Made by a program: the position numbers and the translations under genes | In this document: positions 16,801-26,206 of the stretch, piece by piece | How the letters are laid out: each line of letters starts with the position of its first letter | How positions within the stretch are numbered: position 1 is the first letter of the stretch | The notes under the pieces: generated by a model | Seen by the model: the letters and a program-made list of their open reading frames with translations, nothing else | Database searches by the model: none | What the model was told of the DNA's origin: nothing | Virus record (IMG/VR): IMGVR_UViG_3300027747_003745 | Coordinates: 1-54,200 of that record | Direction: 5' to 3' (one strand) | Length of the DNA stretch: 54,200 bases | Source of the DNA: a virus | Lineage: Duplodnaviria; Caudoviricetes

Positions 16801-17203
16801 AGTAAGCTGAATAAAGAACGTTAGTAACTACTCCATTATCTTCTTCAGTATCTAGTGAGAATGATTTGTATGAATTCAAATCAGCATTCACGCTAGATGC
16901 ATCATCATTAAGCTTTAAAAGATTTAAAGCAAATACTGGACCTGCATTTAAACAAGTTAGTATAGATCTATGGAAGAAAGATCCTTGATTTTCTAAAGAT
17001 TTATCAATATCACCAAATACTGCTATCATTGTTGTTGCGTCTGGGATATAAACCGGGGTATTAAAAGGCCCCTTATTTGAAAATCCCACTACCAATCTAA
17101 CTGTTTGAGATGTCAGTATCACGTTTTGTGTAGCATCAAATTCTAGAGTATAGACTCCTGATGCTCTAAATTGTGAGTAATCGATTTTTACCTTATTTGC
17201 CAT
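13808..17203 (-). CDS. Contractile tail sheath protein (T4 gp18-like) with large Gly/Thr-rich insertion
   Basis: N-terminal SGVYTLEFD..VGFSNKGPFNTP; C-terminal INPIV..GNQT..VHVRDLL..FDFND..MDSSNNT..IIIEPARG. Confidence 0.93.
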   Translation of the reverse strand: MANKVKIDYSQFRASGVYTLEFDATQNVILTSQTVRLVVGFSNKGPFNTPVYIPDATTMIAVFGDIDKSLENQGSFFHRSILTCLNAGPVFALNLLKLNDDASSVNADLNSYKSFSLDTEEDNGVVTNVLYSAYYNKERFWFADPSYFLAALSTADTGKLFNITNLGKSPMSVIVRKSTDSSKPIKGYDIFAIDWYGANNVPSFMHPYDYMSDYFVDVIAVSGDWTNYLALSVDPKWGYNKDTGAGYFTANGFVKAKIDSFLSDMDINIVASVTGSIIPDFVDLNGINQYVQTLINNNTPSTGIFCAVDSKAFDNICANGSKIDLVGNHLIDEFGVNKDLPTPAINFLSYDQPLLQDSLYTRNVYGVTGYTGYLTTGATGALTVGTLFSLWGSATGATAGVNIGSFDAYDSSLTYGGLHYIQTKAGVTGTTGGFQTADQKVALKNFLSVTSSDDQKFVIGYVTGITAGTTGDLLNQFSNNSLVRLKVTGTTDVDGELRISWSHPLDTSFYSTQGITVAPTQYTAIYDAGGGTRSCYQGGSAAGGTGAYQFGIADSVTSVTGVITPGGVTGPGATSGTSTVVRAYNGSQLFQDAKYNKLTDGSTVWLNSTGSSVNYLTFESGVDRDQFNYVYVRSHTSSSLAGSTINNIVAFGGTGNFASNNIGSPVSTGKFDIISQNGNINSYVDCSRIDSTSFTITENSEGNAPLSVGDLVVSTDLDICTPSSGNRQSRLTKIVSVASTSTDGVYTAKAARPVLYYSGLNGGTRVQKFQSIAQFTTSFDFSYLKGFTMKATHRPNGTDSRTNEILNVLYNTNIANTLAQKQVISFRYIIDTFNGIIGPESKSQYSRLAQLRSQALAIVNAPSIAQFRTSTNPRFTDAPTATNPYPTVKVQYITTGGNLSLNPSVVFSLPTEGDGAKYAAFYSPYITIRENDKNLSIPPAALVSNNFVRKFASGEPYSIIAGQKRGTLSGGNIIGVEYDFSDSDRGDLESFGINPIVKRKGAGVVIMGNQTAYQQVNSAFNLVHVRDLLISVESDVESILSNYLFDFNDDSIRLEIKTLVDNYLDGVRAGGGIYAYQTIMDSSNNTQAIIDMNMGIIDIIIEPARGLQKFINRITVTKIGGIAAGGFTQFA

Positions 17204-17233
17204 TATTTTTCAGATATTTTTTTACTTCTATAT

Positions 17234-17241
17234 TATATATC
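17234..17241 (-). promoter_or_regulatory. Putative late promoter GATATATA (second copy at 17327-17334)
   Basis: Two copies upstream of the sheath gene. Confidence 0.65.
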
Positions 17242-17365
17242 AATTCACCAATTAGATATTTGAGCAAATCGATATTTTTTTAGGTACTATATGAAAAAAA
17301 CTATATTCTCATCTTATAATACATCATATATATCCAAAACAAGATTCTATATTTTAGTGATTTTT

Positions 17366-19213
17366 CTAAAGAAGCTTACTAAAATCTCCATAAGCCCTTC
17401 CGTCTTTGGTAGAATGAGAATTCATTCTTCTGAAAAATTCATCACCCTCGAAAGATTTGTTATTTCCCTCTAGTTTAGAGTTTATGATCGTTTTATATTC
17501 ATTATCAAGTTCGTCAAATACCTCCCCAACTACTTGGTTAAAATCCTGACCGTCGAAAAGTGAGGGTAGATTAACTATTGTCATTGCAACATCATCATGT
17601 CCGCTCTGGCTTGAGTATGTTCCTCTATTATTTAGACCGAAGGTAAAAAGCTCCGGAATAGTCCACTTTTTATCGTTTATTAAAATTCTATCCTCCCTTA
17701 TTAATCCCCTAAGAAGTTCACAATATTTCATTTTATTCTTCTCGTTGTACTTAATCCCTGGCTTAAGAACTCTAGCGCTCTCTGTATGTTTTGTAAAAAC
17801 AAACATCTGATCATAGAAATCGTCGTCAGATATAAGCTTGTCGTAGAGGAGCTCACCTTTAAAATTCATCTCTATTGCAGCTTTTACCCTCTCTGAGGAG
17901 AATATATCTTTAATAAGAACCTTTATTATCCTAATCAACTCCTCTAGTTTAACCTCGTTGTCTCTGAAAATACCAACTTGGACTAAACCGAAAAAATCCG
18001 ATTCGTCTTCAAATTCAACTATCCTGTTAATCACAGCCTTGGGGAGCGGAGTAACCTTAAATATATTAATCACAGTAAAGTCACCCTTCACACCTCCGCT
18101 TAAATCTATAGAAAGAATAAATTTCTTCCCTGGCGAATTAGCATTATCTATATTAAACTTAGGGTGCCATAATAAATTCTCATAATTTATACCCTCCTCG
18201 TAATGCAAAGGATCAATCTCTCTCCAGACATATTCAGCCTCTGTTCCCTTTATTTTTTTAAGCTCATTGGACCCAAGTAATAGTGAGGAAGAGCTTAGAA
18301 ACTGATTCCCATATTCCTGATTGAACAATTCCTCACTACCAAGGTTTGCAATTTCCTTTTGTTTCCAAGCTTCATCTCTACCAGGAACCTGCCACCAATC
18401 AACTCTAACCGGATTAAAACTATTCTCTCCGCTTAAAGCACCCTGATAAAGCTCATAAAATTTATTCATCCCGTTAGGAGTGGACGTAACTATAATACGG
18501 GAAACGCTAGATGACGATACGGTGGGATATGTCGATCTAAAGAAAGATTCTATAAAATTGGGATTAATATGGGCAAACTCATCCATGTATAAGAAGTGAA
18601 TGGTAAAACCAATACCTGATGTCTTAGTTGTCGTTTTTGCTAAAACCCTACACCCATTATCAAATCTCATTGACATGACATTATTAACAATAATTCCAGG
18701 TTTAAGAAAAAATGGGAGACCCTTTATAATTGACTTTATCTTATCCATGAGCTCCTCCGCAGTATCCCCGACGTTTGCTAAAATCATAGCATTTTTATCG
18801 TGGTTGAAAAGAAGATACCACACTAGGATAATAGAAGAGGTGATTGATTTACCAACCTGTCTAGGAGCAAGGAATATATTAAATCTGTGATTCTGATATT
18901 CCCTTAAAACTGATTTTTGATAATCCCTAAGAGAAATATAGGATAGCCCCTCATCAGTCATAACTTTACAATACTTAGAGAAATAGACAACATCCTCTGC
19001 ACACCTTCTCATTTCCATTATCTCATCCTTAGTGTACTCCCACATGATATTAGCTCTCTTTAGATCTGGATCATTATCATGAAAAGGATTATCTATGCTT
19101 TTATAATCGAGGCCCTCGTCATCAACCTTCCTCAGAAGTTCGTTTATCCTATTAGTGGACCAATAATTATTCTCCGAACTTTGCTGTTCTAAGTTATCAT
19201 CGTTGTTTGGCAT
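17366..19213 (-). CDS. terL: Terminase large subunit (T4 gp17-like)
   Basis: LRDYQ, Walker A PRQVGKS, Walker B YMDEFAH, TSTPNG, nuclease SIDLSGG and HDDVAM. ATG 19213 is preferred over TTG 19222. Confidence 0.95.
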   Translation of the reverse strand: MPNNDDNLEQQSSENNYWSTNRINELLRKVDDEGLDYKSIDNPFHDNDPDLKRANIMWEYTKDEIMEMRRCAEDVVYFSKYCKVMTDEGLSYISLRDYQKSVLREYQNHRFNIFLAPRQVGKSITSSIILVWYLLFNHDKNAMILANVGDTAEELMDKIKSIIKGLPFFLKPGIIVNNVMSMRFDNGCRVLAKTTTKTSGIGFTIHFLYMDEFAHINPNFIESFFRSTYPTVSSSSVSRIIVTSTPNGMNKFYELYQGALSGENSFNPVRVDWWQVPGRDEAWKQKEIANLGSEELFNQEYGNQFLSSSSLLLGSNELKKIKGTEAEYVWREIDPLHYEEGINYENLLWHPKFNIDNANSPGKKFILSIDLSGGVKGDFTVINIFKVTPLPKAVINRIVEFEDESDFFGLVQVGIFRDNEVKLEELIRIIKVLIKDIFSSERVKAAIEMNFKGELLYDKLISDDDFYDQMFVFTKHTESARVLKPGIKYNEKNKMKYCELLRGLIREDRILINDKKWTIPELFTFGLNNRGTYSSQSGHDDVAMTIVNLPSLFDGQDFNQVVGEVFDELDNEYKTIINSKLEGNNKSFEGDEFFRRMNSHSTKDGRAYGDFSKLL

Positions 19214-19214
19214 A

Positions 19215-20006
19215 TTATTCAATAATATCGTCCTCTATAGTGTATTCATTATTAAGAGAACTGTCGTTATCAATGTGTAATTCGTTCTGTGAATCTATTT
19301 CCATTTTCATTCTGGCATTTACGATAGCATTAGGATTAACCTCAACTGGTTTAACGTCAACTATTTCATTACCCAGAATATCTCTCAAACCCTCCATTAT
19401 ACTTCTAGTTCCCCTTGATTTTATACCATTAGACGATATCATCGGATTACTGCTTGGGGAAAACTCACCAGATTGAGAAGATGATTGTTCCATTACTATC
19501 CCACCAGCTATTTTCTTATCCTCTATTTCAATCTTAGCTTTTTTGTAGTTCTGCTCCATCTTTTCAAGATAGGCCTGATAATCTTTAGGCATTTGCATAA
19601 TCTGGGATTGCAGCTGGGCTAAGACCTCAAAAATTCTAGGATGTATATTACCTAAATCTATCTCTTCTAAAAGTTTAGTTATTGCATGCTGTGCAGATTT
19701 AAGCTGAAACATCATAGCAGATAAATTGATAGCATCCATCTTCTTTTTAAGATCGATATGCTCAGTTGATCCATAAAGATTAGGATCAACATAAAAACTA
19801 GCTATTGAGTTTAAAAGTGCCTGGGCATCAGTAAGTGAAGCTAGCTTCTCCTCAGCAAAGTTCATAAGCTCGGTAGTCTTTAATCTAGGAAGATCCTGAC
19901 TACTGACAGATACCTCATCTAGAGACTCCTGCATAATAATAGAATCTAGATTCTCTTTTATTTTTTCCTCTATAACCTTCTCAGGTTTTGGTTTTCTTCT
20001 TGGCAT
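19215..20006 (-). CDS. Hypothetical helical protein, candidate terminase small subunit
   Basis: Directly upstream of terL; HPRIFEVLAQL recalls the PRxxEV segment of gp16-like proteins. Positional inference. Confidence 0.4.
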   Translation of the reverse strand: MPRRKPKPEKVIEEKIKENLDSIIMQESLDEVSVSSQDLPRLKTTELMNFAEEKLASLTDAQALLNSIASFYVDPNLYGSTEHIDLKKKMDAINLSAMMFQLKSAQHAITKLLEEIDLGNIHPRIFEVLAQLQSQIMQMPKDYQAYLEKMEQNYKKAKIEIEDKKIAGGIVMEQSSSQSGEFSPSSNPMISSNGIKSRGTRSIMEGLRDILGNEIVDVKPVEVNPNAIVNARMKMEIDSQNELHIDNDSSLNNEYTIEDDIIE

Positions 20007-20009
20007 AAA

Positions 20010-22499
20010 TTATCTGTTTCTAGCAAATTTAGGAATATTCAAAAGTGGTTTAGCATTATCGATAATATGAGCTAACTGCTCATCTCTAACAATATTCTGA
20101 TTTAAAACTATAGATTGATTGTCTATATCTATCATATTTTTAAAAAGTCTAATATTGCTTAGGAGGAGAGGGCTGGTAAAAATTTTATATGAATTATTAT
20201 CAGTTAAATAGAAAGGGCTCTCCTTACTCTGCTCGATATCGGACGGTGCAGAAAATATTATAGGATCCGTAAACATACGGGCGTCACTGTGCACGTTTCT
20301 AAGTTTAGAAGATTGTTGATTAGGATCTACTGGATCATAAGTAAGCTCCCAGATATTAGCAGATATCTGTTTGTATCTATTAGAAACGTTTACCACTAAT
20401 CCATACCAATCCCCGTATTCAGGTGTGAATTCCAATCTTGAATCTATTACAGTATCGTTGAGTTTAATGACAAGACTTCCCTCGCCTAAGAATGTTTCCG
20501 TAACATCATCAGGTATACCGGAATGAATTATATCAACCCTAAATCCTTCATATACATCAGATTCATTTTTATAAAGACCATCTAAAATATTACGGCTTTG
20601 TGCTTTTTGCATTCTCCATTGAATGGTGCCTTCTGAGAATACGACAGATCTATTTTTTATAGAAAATGAATATTGATCTATAACAGAAAGAACCTGATAT
20701 CCTCCAGAATGAAATATGTCACCCTTAATGGAAACATAGCCTTCAGGATTATTATTGTACGAATCCCATTGTGTTAAATCATGCTTAGTCGGATACGAAC
20801 TAAAAATTATCTGCTCTTCATCAAAAGAATTAATAGTAAGATTAATTATAGGGTATCCTCTTTTCGTTAATTTAGTATTATCATAAAGATTCTTCAAACT
20901 GAACCAAGCAGCTAAAGATAATTCTTGATCTGCTCCCAAATAAGGTAGACTTTTATATCTGACTGCATTTCTATATCTATAAGGTTCAATCTCAAATTCT
21001 GCATAATCTACAAAAGCATCCAGAAGATCATAATATTGATTTAGTACAATTGTCCAGTTATTATTAAGATCATATTCTATAATAGGAAGATCCTTATAAA
21101 TATAAGATCTAATAGGATCTTGTGATAGTTGGGTTATGGTTGTTGCATACTGTTGGGGTTTTGCAATCTTCAATTCCTCCGATTTTACTTCCTCCCCAAA
21201 TAATTCAGTTGTGGTTAGACCTATTCCTTCAAGCTCCTCCTTGTAAACAGGATCTTGGAAATATGTGTTACTCTTAGGATTATACTTTCTCAGTTCTATT
21301 TTAAAATAGACAGGGGACTGCATAAAATCTCTAAATAGATAGGTTGAATTTATTTGGTAAATCCTATTGGTAAATGGGAAGTATATGATATCTCTTTTTC
21401 TAGGCTGGGATCCTTTACCAAAAATATTTTCAAAATATCTCTTATCAATTTGAATTTCAAAAGGTTCTTCAAACTGTAAACCAAAGGGATCGTAATTTAT
21501 TTTATTATCAGGGAACTGGTTTTGAGGAACCATTATCTTTACACATTTCTCTGAAACAACATTAAAGAGTGTATACTCCTTTAAGATAACATCTTTACCT
21601 CTCCCTTGTGGCTGTACAGAGTAGTAATTTGCATCTAATCCAAATATCTTATTAACCATAAGGCTCAGATCATGATACATGTTTAATGACTTGTTAACAG
21701 CATATGGATTAAATGTAAACTTACAGTCATTAAAAATAATAGGTCTATTTGTCACCTCATCAGAACAAACAGGTGCAGGTCTAGCAATAGGGGTTTCTGC
21801 CGTGTCTGCATAGGAAAGATCCAATTGAAAATCAACTATCACAACGGTTGGATCTATAGGCTCATCAGGTTGAACTATAATTGTTCCGTCATCATTAACT
21901 AAAACAGAGGTGAATCTGAATTCAGGATAAAATTTATTCTTAGGATCTAAAGGAATAGGAAAAACATCTGAGAAGTTATTAGTTAGACCATTTAATGCAG
22001 TTCCAACATTAGACCAAAGAGACCAAGTTTTACCATCGATACTATATCTAAACTCTATTGATATGTCATTGGCATTTAATACAGAGCCTGAGTTGTTACT
22101 ATTGGAAGCATCTATTATCCATCCCTTAAAAGAATCAACATTCTCAAAAGGTTTATCCCATGTTAAAACTCTATAGTTCCCAATATAGGTGAAATTTAAA
22201 GCACTGTCAAGTTGCTCTATTCTTAGAGCATAATATGATGAAGATTCGCAAGGTTTATAATATGTTTTATCCCCAATCGAAACCTGGTGATAGCCACCGC
22301 ATCCAATTTGAACAGCTCTAGCCTGAGCTGCTTCAGGTGTAGAAAATACATTATCAGTAGACGAATCTTTTATTTTCTGAGTATTGCTCAGTCCATCCTG
22401 GTATCTATATCTAGGATCAGACAGATCATATTGCTGACCACTACCATCATAAAATGGCGTCCCTGTTTTTGGAAATCTATTTTCTGGATAAAAACTCAT
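20010..22499 (-). CDS. Neck/head-closure protein (T4 gp14-like core) with N- and C-terminal extensions
   Basis: Core FGLQFEEPFEIQIDKRYF..PRKRDIIYFPFTNRIYQI..VYFKIELRKY; N-terminal EAAQARAVQIGCGGYH..YKPC mini-domain; LamG-like C-terminus. Confidence 0.7.
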   Translation of the reverse strand: MSFYPENRFPKTGTPFYDGSGQQYDLSDPRYRYQDGLSNTQKIKDSSTDNVFSTPEAAQARAVQIGCGGYHQVSIGDKTYYKPCESSSYYALRIEQLDSALNFTYIGNYRVLTWDKPFENVDSFKGWIIDASNSNNSGSVLNANDISIEFRYSIDGKTWSLWSNVGTALNGLTNNFSDVFPIPLDPKNKFYPEFRFTSVLVNDDGTIIVQPDEPIDPTVVIVDFQLDLSYADTAETPIARPAPVCSDEVTNRPIIFNDCKFTFNPYAVNKSLNMYHDLSLMVNKIFGLDANYYSVQPQGRGKDVILKEYTLFNVVSEKCVKIMVPQNQFPDNKINYDPFGLQFEEPFEIQIDKRYFENIFGKGSQPRKRDIIYFPFTNRIYQINSTYLFRDFMQSPVYFKIELRKYNPKSNTYFQDPVYKEELEGIGLTTTELFGEEVKSEELKIAKPQQYATTITQLSQDPIRSYIYKDLPIIEYDLNNNWTIVLNQYYDLLDAFVDYAEFEIEPYRYRNAVRYKSLPYLGADQELSLAAWFSLKNLYDNTKLTKRGYPIINLTINSFDEEQIIFSSYPTKHDLTQWDSYNNNPEGYVSIKGDIFHSGGYQVLSVIDQYSFSIKNRSVVFSEGTIQWRMQKAQSRNILDGLYKNESDVYEGFRVDIIHSGIPDDVTETFLGEGSLVIKLNDTVIDSRLEFTPEYGDWYGLVVNVSNRYKQISANIWELTYDPVDPNQQSSKLRNVHSDARMFTDPIIFSAPSDIEQSKESPFYLTDNNSYKIFTSPLLLSNIRLFKNMIDIDNQSIVLNQNIVRDEQLAHIIDNAKPLLNIPKFARNR

Positions 22500-22515
22500 C
22501 AGCTGTGCTTTATTC

Positions 22516-22523
22516 TATATATC
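22516..22523 (-). promoter_or_regulatory. Putative late promoter GATATATA
   Basis: About 17 nt upstream of the 22499 start. Confidence 0.65.
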
Positions 22524-22544
22524 CTATAATGAAAGTGGCCAAAT

Positions 22545-22571
22545 AAAAATGCAGGCTTTTGGCCTGCATTT
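22545..22571 (-). terminator. Intrinsic terminator
   Basis: AAATGCAGGC-TTTTG-GCCTGCATTT hairpin with T-run on the minus strand. Confidence 0.8.
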
Positions 22572-22591
22572 CAAATAATTAAAATAAAAGA

Positions 22592-22870
22592 TTATCCCTT
22601 TGTAAAGACACCAGTTTCGAAATCTAACTTGCCGTTTCCATATTCAGAAACTACTTTGTTTTGAACAGCATCTTCCTTAGACGAAATAGCAGCTGCTTCT
22701 TGATAAAGAGAAGCAAGTTCATTTTCAATAATCTCAATGTCTTTTTTGTAAAAAGAAAGCTGAACGTTCAATCTTCCAATTTTTACAACGTTTTGGGTTA
22801 ACTCATCTCTAAGCTGTTGAAGCTCTGTTAACAATTCTTCTGGTAATTTAATCTCGTTTTGATTTTCCAT
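22592..22870 (-). CDS. Small coiled-coil hypothetical protein
   Basis: 92 aa; coiled-coil ending EYGNGKLDFETGVF; has its own promoter motif and terminator. Confidence 0.7.
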   Translation of the reverse strand: MENQNEIKLPEELLTELQQLRDELTQNVVKIGRLNVQLSFYKKDIEIIENELASLYQEAAAISSKEDAVQNKVVSEYGNGKLDFETGVFTKG

Positions 22871-22889
22871 TTGTTCTTTTTTTTAATAA

Positions 22890-22917
22890 ATTATAGATGA
22901 GATTTTAAAATTGTTTC
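22890..22917 (-). promoter_or_regulatory. Putative ECF-type promoter GAAAC-N17-TATAAT
   Basis: Conserved motif upstream of the 22870 start. Confidence 0.55.
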
Positions 22918-23400
22918 CTAGTTGTATACCCTTATTTCTATTGAATCGACACTCTCTGTGTCTATATAATAATTATCTTTATTATTAAATGTCAACCAAA
23001 CTGTATTGTTATTATTCCTCGCTAGACCACCAAAACCTGTAGTACCGTTGAAACCATCATGCGTATAAAAACAGACAGTTTTACCCTCAGTAAACGCACC
23101 ATTTAAAGTTCCTACATAATTTCCAGCGCTGCTTCTAGTCCAAACAGGGGCCGCACCTAATGTATTCTCCAACACTGTTGCTACCGGAGCATCAGTTCCA
23201 GTTTGTGTTAGTAAAGCTATATAGACTTTATAAGTTGATGGGCCATTCCAATAATCAAGATCATTCCAAGCTGTATCTCCGTCACCTATTTTCATATACT
23301 GTGTGTCTGTAGTGTATCCTATTTCACCTTCAAGTAAAACTGGATTGTTAACTACCCATTTACTAGCTAGATCCCTTCTAATTTGTATTCTAAATGCCAT
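22918..23400 (-). CDS. Fibre-type protein with Mtd_N/hyaluronidase-like N-terminal domain
   Basis: RIQIRRDLASKWVVNNPVLLEGEIGYTTDTQYMKIGDGDTAWNDL is the characteristic Mtd_N-like sequence. Confidence 0.75.
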   Translation of the reverse strand: MAFRIQIRRDLASKWVVNNPVLLEGEIGYTTDTQYMKIGDGDTAWNDLDYWNGPSTYKVYIALLTQTGTDAPVATVLENTLGAAPVWTRSSAGNYVGTLNGAFTEGKTVCFYTHDGFNGTTGFGGLARNNNNTVWLTFNNKDNYYIDTESVDSIEIRVYN

Positions 23401-23411
23401 TTATTTAAATG

Positions 23412-23765
23412 TTATTTTATAGTTTTTGTAATCTTAAATAGATTATCTTTTATTAATTTTAAATCATTGGAGGAAATATCATTAGATATGGGAGCTACTC
23501 CTCCGATGATAGGGGCTATAAACTGCTTATCACTATTAGTGGAATCTCCTCCGCTTAGGATATCGCTAAATTTCTTACCCACAGGATTTGTGTTATATGA
23601 AAAATTTCCAGATTTGTTAACGCTAATATAAGATCCAGATTCTGATTTTTTAACATAATCCTTTCCTGTTCCCACGAAATAAAGCTGATCGTTTGTTTGA
23701 CTAGTGCTCCCGTCTATTATTCTGTCGTAAATCTGGGTGATATCTACTTCTCTAGGTGTTGACAA
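23412..23765 (-). CDS. Hypothetical protein
   Basis: 117 aa, TTG start, GATATATA at 23786-23793 upstream. Confidence 0.55.
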   Translation of the reverse strand: MSTPREVDITQIYDRIIDGSTSQTNDQLYFVGTGKDYVKKSESGSYISVNKSGNFSYNTNPVGKKFSDILSGGDSTNSDKQFIAPIIGGVAPISNDISSNDLKLIKDNLFKITKTIK

Positions 23766-23785
23766 TTTATATAGCTATTTTAAAC

Positions 23786-23793
23786 TATATATC
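23786..23793 (-). promoter_or_regulatory. Putative late promoter GATATATA
   Basis: Recurrent octamer. Confidence 0.6.
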
Positions 23794-23807
23794 TATTCCA
23801 TAGGGGA

Positions 23808-24557
23808 TTAAAGGATCTCGTTACGATTAGGTTCTATTCCCCTTCTATTGATAACTGTTTCCATTTTAATTCCAGCCTGCATAAGATTCCCTCTAAATTT
23901 TTCAGTAGTTAGATCTTTCTCTGGGAAATACGTCTCTACATTCGCTGTGAATTTAAATTCTATAAATTGGGGGTTGTTGTTATACGTAAAATCCAGCTGT
24001 TTAGTGGTCTCATAGTTTTCAGGAAATCCCACCTGACAGGGTATTCTAAAACCTTCATATTCAAAACTAAAGGTGTATGTTTTATAGAAAGTTTGAATTA
24101 CAGATTGGAAAACTTTAAATGCATCTAAAAGGGTATCAACTTTCACGTTAACCTCAAATGCAATATTTAAAGGAAGGGAATTAGTAAAAGAGGATAACGT
24201 TTTCATTTCACCAGAAGTTGTCTCCTTCGTATAAGACATTCTGGTATACTTGTTAACCAATGCCTGTGTGTCAATCTGAGGGGATTGCATGGTAACTATT
24301 CCTCTAGGTATAACGTCATAGTTACCCTCTGCCAGAACCTGATCGGTTGCGCAATCCTTATAATTTATGAAAAAATCTTGAAGAAAAGATTCATCTCCAG
24401 TCATAGAATAGAAGAAGGGAATATAGATCTCTAGTATATCCTGTTGATCATTGATCTGAATATACTTAACCTTCTCATTTAGTGATCTTAAAAAAGATAT
24501 TATAAGTCCCCTTAAAAAGACTTCGTCTGTGTTGTATTTTTCTAAAAATCCTGACAT
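23808..24557 (-). CDS. Tail terminator/sheath stabiliser (T4 gp15-like)
   Basis: IPFFYS..F, IPRG, PLNIAFEVNVKVDTLLDAFKVFQSVIQTF pattern of the gp15 family. Confidence 0.7.
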   Translation of the reverse strand: MSGFLEKYNTDEVFLRGLIISFLRSLNEKVKYIQINDQQDILEIYIPFFYSMTGDESFLQDFFINYKDCATDQVLAEGNYDVIPRGIVTMQSPQIDTQALVNKYTRMSYTKETTSGEMKTLSSFTNSLPLNIAFEVNVKVDTLLDAFKVFQSVIQTFYKTYTFSFEYEGFRIPCQVGFPENYETTKQLDFTYNNNPQFIEFKFTANVETYFPEKDLTTEKFRGNLMQAGIKMETVINRRGIEPNRNEIL

Positions 24558-24563
24558 AATAAT

Positions 24564-26189
24564 CTATATACCGTATTTGTTCTTTGCTGTTGTGTAATTC
24601 TTTTGTATTTCAGTGTCACTTAAAGCTTTGCTATAAAGTCTAACATAATACAAACTTGATTGTAGATATGTTCCCGAAGCCGGGGCTAACATTAGTAAAA
24701 TATTACTAGTATTATTAACGGATCCAGGATACGTAGCATTATAAAGTGAATAGTTATAAGTGGAGGTGTGTAATAATACCCCATTTTTATATAGCTTTCC
24801 TGTCATAGTAGTGGTAGCACTGTCATTAGTAATAGTTTGGACAATATGCTGGATTTGACCTGATGTTATAGAACCAGTGTCATTTTGAACCCCTGTAGAA
24901 TTAATAGATCCGTTTGTTAAATTATCTTGAACTGTAAACAGGGATGCACCTATTCTATGTATAAATCCAGCCAAACCATTAGAGCCTAATGAAATATAAG
25001 ATCCTCTTTTTGAAATTATACATTGGACAGATCCTACAAAAGAGGGGTAATTTAAAACATATTCTATTGTGAAGCTTCCAGTTCCAAAATTACCGCAAGT
25101 GTTATTTTGACACATTGCATATTGATTAGTCCCGTTAAAAGCTAATAAATTAGAACTGTATGTTGGGGAGTTATATAAATTAAAATGATTGTTATTTCCG
25201 CTTACGTCATACCAAACGCTCCCGCTACCTGAATAGCTCAAAGAATTCCCAGCGTCTAAATATAGAGTTAATCCCTCTGTAATAAAGTTTTTATCTGCAA
25301 CTATAATAAAATCATTCTTAACTAAAACTGTAGAGCCATAAGCATTAGAAGCAGTTAGAATAACTTTGTGGGGTCCGTACAAATCAGAATAAGTAACTAT
25401 TGGATTTTCCTGCGTGCTTCCAGTAGGATTTGCTCCCGTTCCAAAAGCCCAGTTCCACCCTGTCGGGGCTGTTTGCCAAGGTGTTTTTGGGGATTTGTCA
25501 AGAAAAGCAACAGTACCCCCCGAATAAACGGTAAAAGTAGATGTTGCACCCAAAGCTGAGAATGTCGTATAAGGAGCTCCGGGTATAGGACTAATTATTC
25601 CGATAACTTCATTTTTAGGGGCTCCAAAATCAGGATATCCTATAGGAGCATCGTCTAATCTTCCGGGGGTAATTTGGTTAATTATCGGGAGTTCTGAATA
25701 TTTTATAACTAAAGGAGTACCATTATCGTTAGTGTATTTAGGATGGTTGAAATATCCTGTTTTATAGATATCTTTACTAATAGGGGTTACTGTTTTAACG
25801 TTAGTTCCCAGCATTTCTGAAAATGTTTTAAGTTCAGTCTCGTTAAGTGTTTTAATTACAGAGAAAGATTTTAAAAGACTTCCTATCCCACTAACATTGG
25901 CATTATTATATTCGACGAAAAAGTAAAGATACGTCTCAGGTTTAATTAATAAGGGATATCCCTTATTCGTTGTTCCCCCCGTATAATCTGTAGCAACGTT
26001 TGGTCTTGCTTTTAAAAGTCCCGTACCATTTAGTCCCATCCCCATAGTGTTAGGATCAAAATAATTTGATGGTATATCTTGTAAACCTGGAATTTTACTA
26101 TTCGCAGTGGAAACCTCACTTTTTTTCTGTCTTGCAGATAAATTAATACTGTCGACTATGGGATCTATTGGGGATTGTCTTCTTCTCAA
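24564..26189 (-). CDS. Virion surface protein with PKD/Ig-like and LamG/concanavalin A-like domains
   Basis: PKD-like WNWAFG..STQENPIVTY..VILTASNAYG; LamG-like GLTLYLDAGNSLSYSGSGSVWYDVSGNNNH...VRLYSKALSDTEIQKNY. Confidence 0.75.
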   Translation of the reverse strand: MRRRQSPIDPIVDSINLSARQKKSEVSTANSKIPGLQDIPSNYFDPNTMGMGLNGTGLLKARPNVATDYTGGTTNKGYPLLIKPETYLYFFVEYNNANVSGIGSLLKSFSVIKTLNETELKTFSEMLGTNVKTVTPISKDIYKTGYFNHPKYTNDNGTPLVIKYSELPIINQITPGRLDDAPIGYPDFGAPKNEVIGIISPIPGAPYTTFSALGATSTFTVYSGGTVAFLDKSPKTPWQTAPTGWNWAFGTGANPTGSTQENPIVTYSDLYGPHKVILTASNAYGSTVLVKNDFIIVADKNFITEGLTLYLDAGNSLSYSGSGSVWYDVSGNNNHFNLYNSPTYSSNLLAFNGTNQYAMCQNNTCGNFGTGSFTIEYVLNYPSFVGSVQCIISKRGSYISLGSNGLAGFIHRIGASLFTVQDNLTNGSINSTGVQNDTGSITSGQIQHIVQTITNDSATTTMTGKLYKNGVLLHTSTYNYSLYNATYPGSVNNTSNILLMLAPASGTYLQSSLYYVRLYSKALSDTEIQKNYTTAKNKYGI

Positions 26190-26206
26190 TCTTCCTTTTT
26201 TTCTAT

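Noticed and set aside
17204-17365. tRNA or other structured RNA in the larger intergenic gaps
   Set aside because: No cloverleaf or T-loop signature seen by eye; tandem promoters account for the gap. A covariance-model search was not run.
17291-17473. 60-aa plus-strand ORF between sheath and terminase
   Set aside because: Overlaps the terL 3' end in antisense and a late promoter; no recognisable features.
22918-23400. Diversity-generating retroelement target (Mtd)
   Set aside because: Only the N-terminal anchor resembles Mtd; no reverse transcriptase or template/variable repeat pair was seen in the window.
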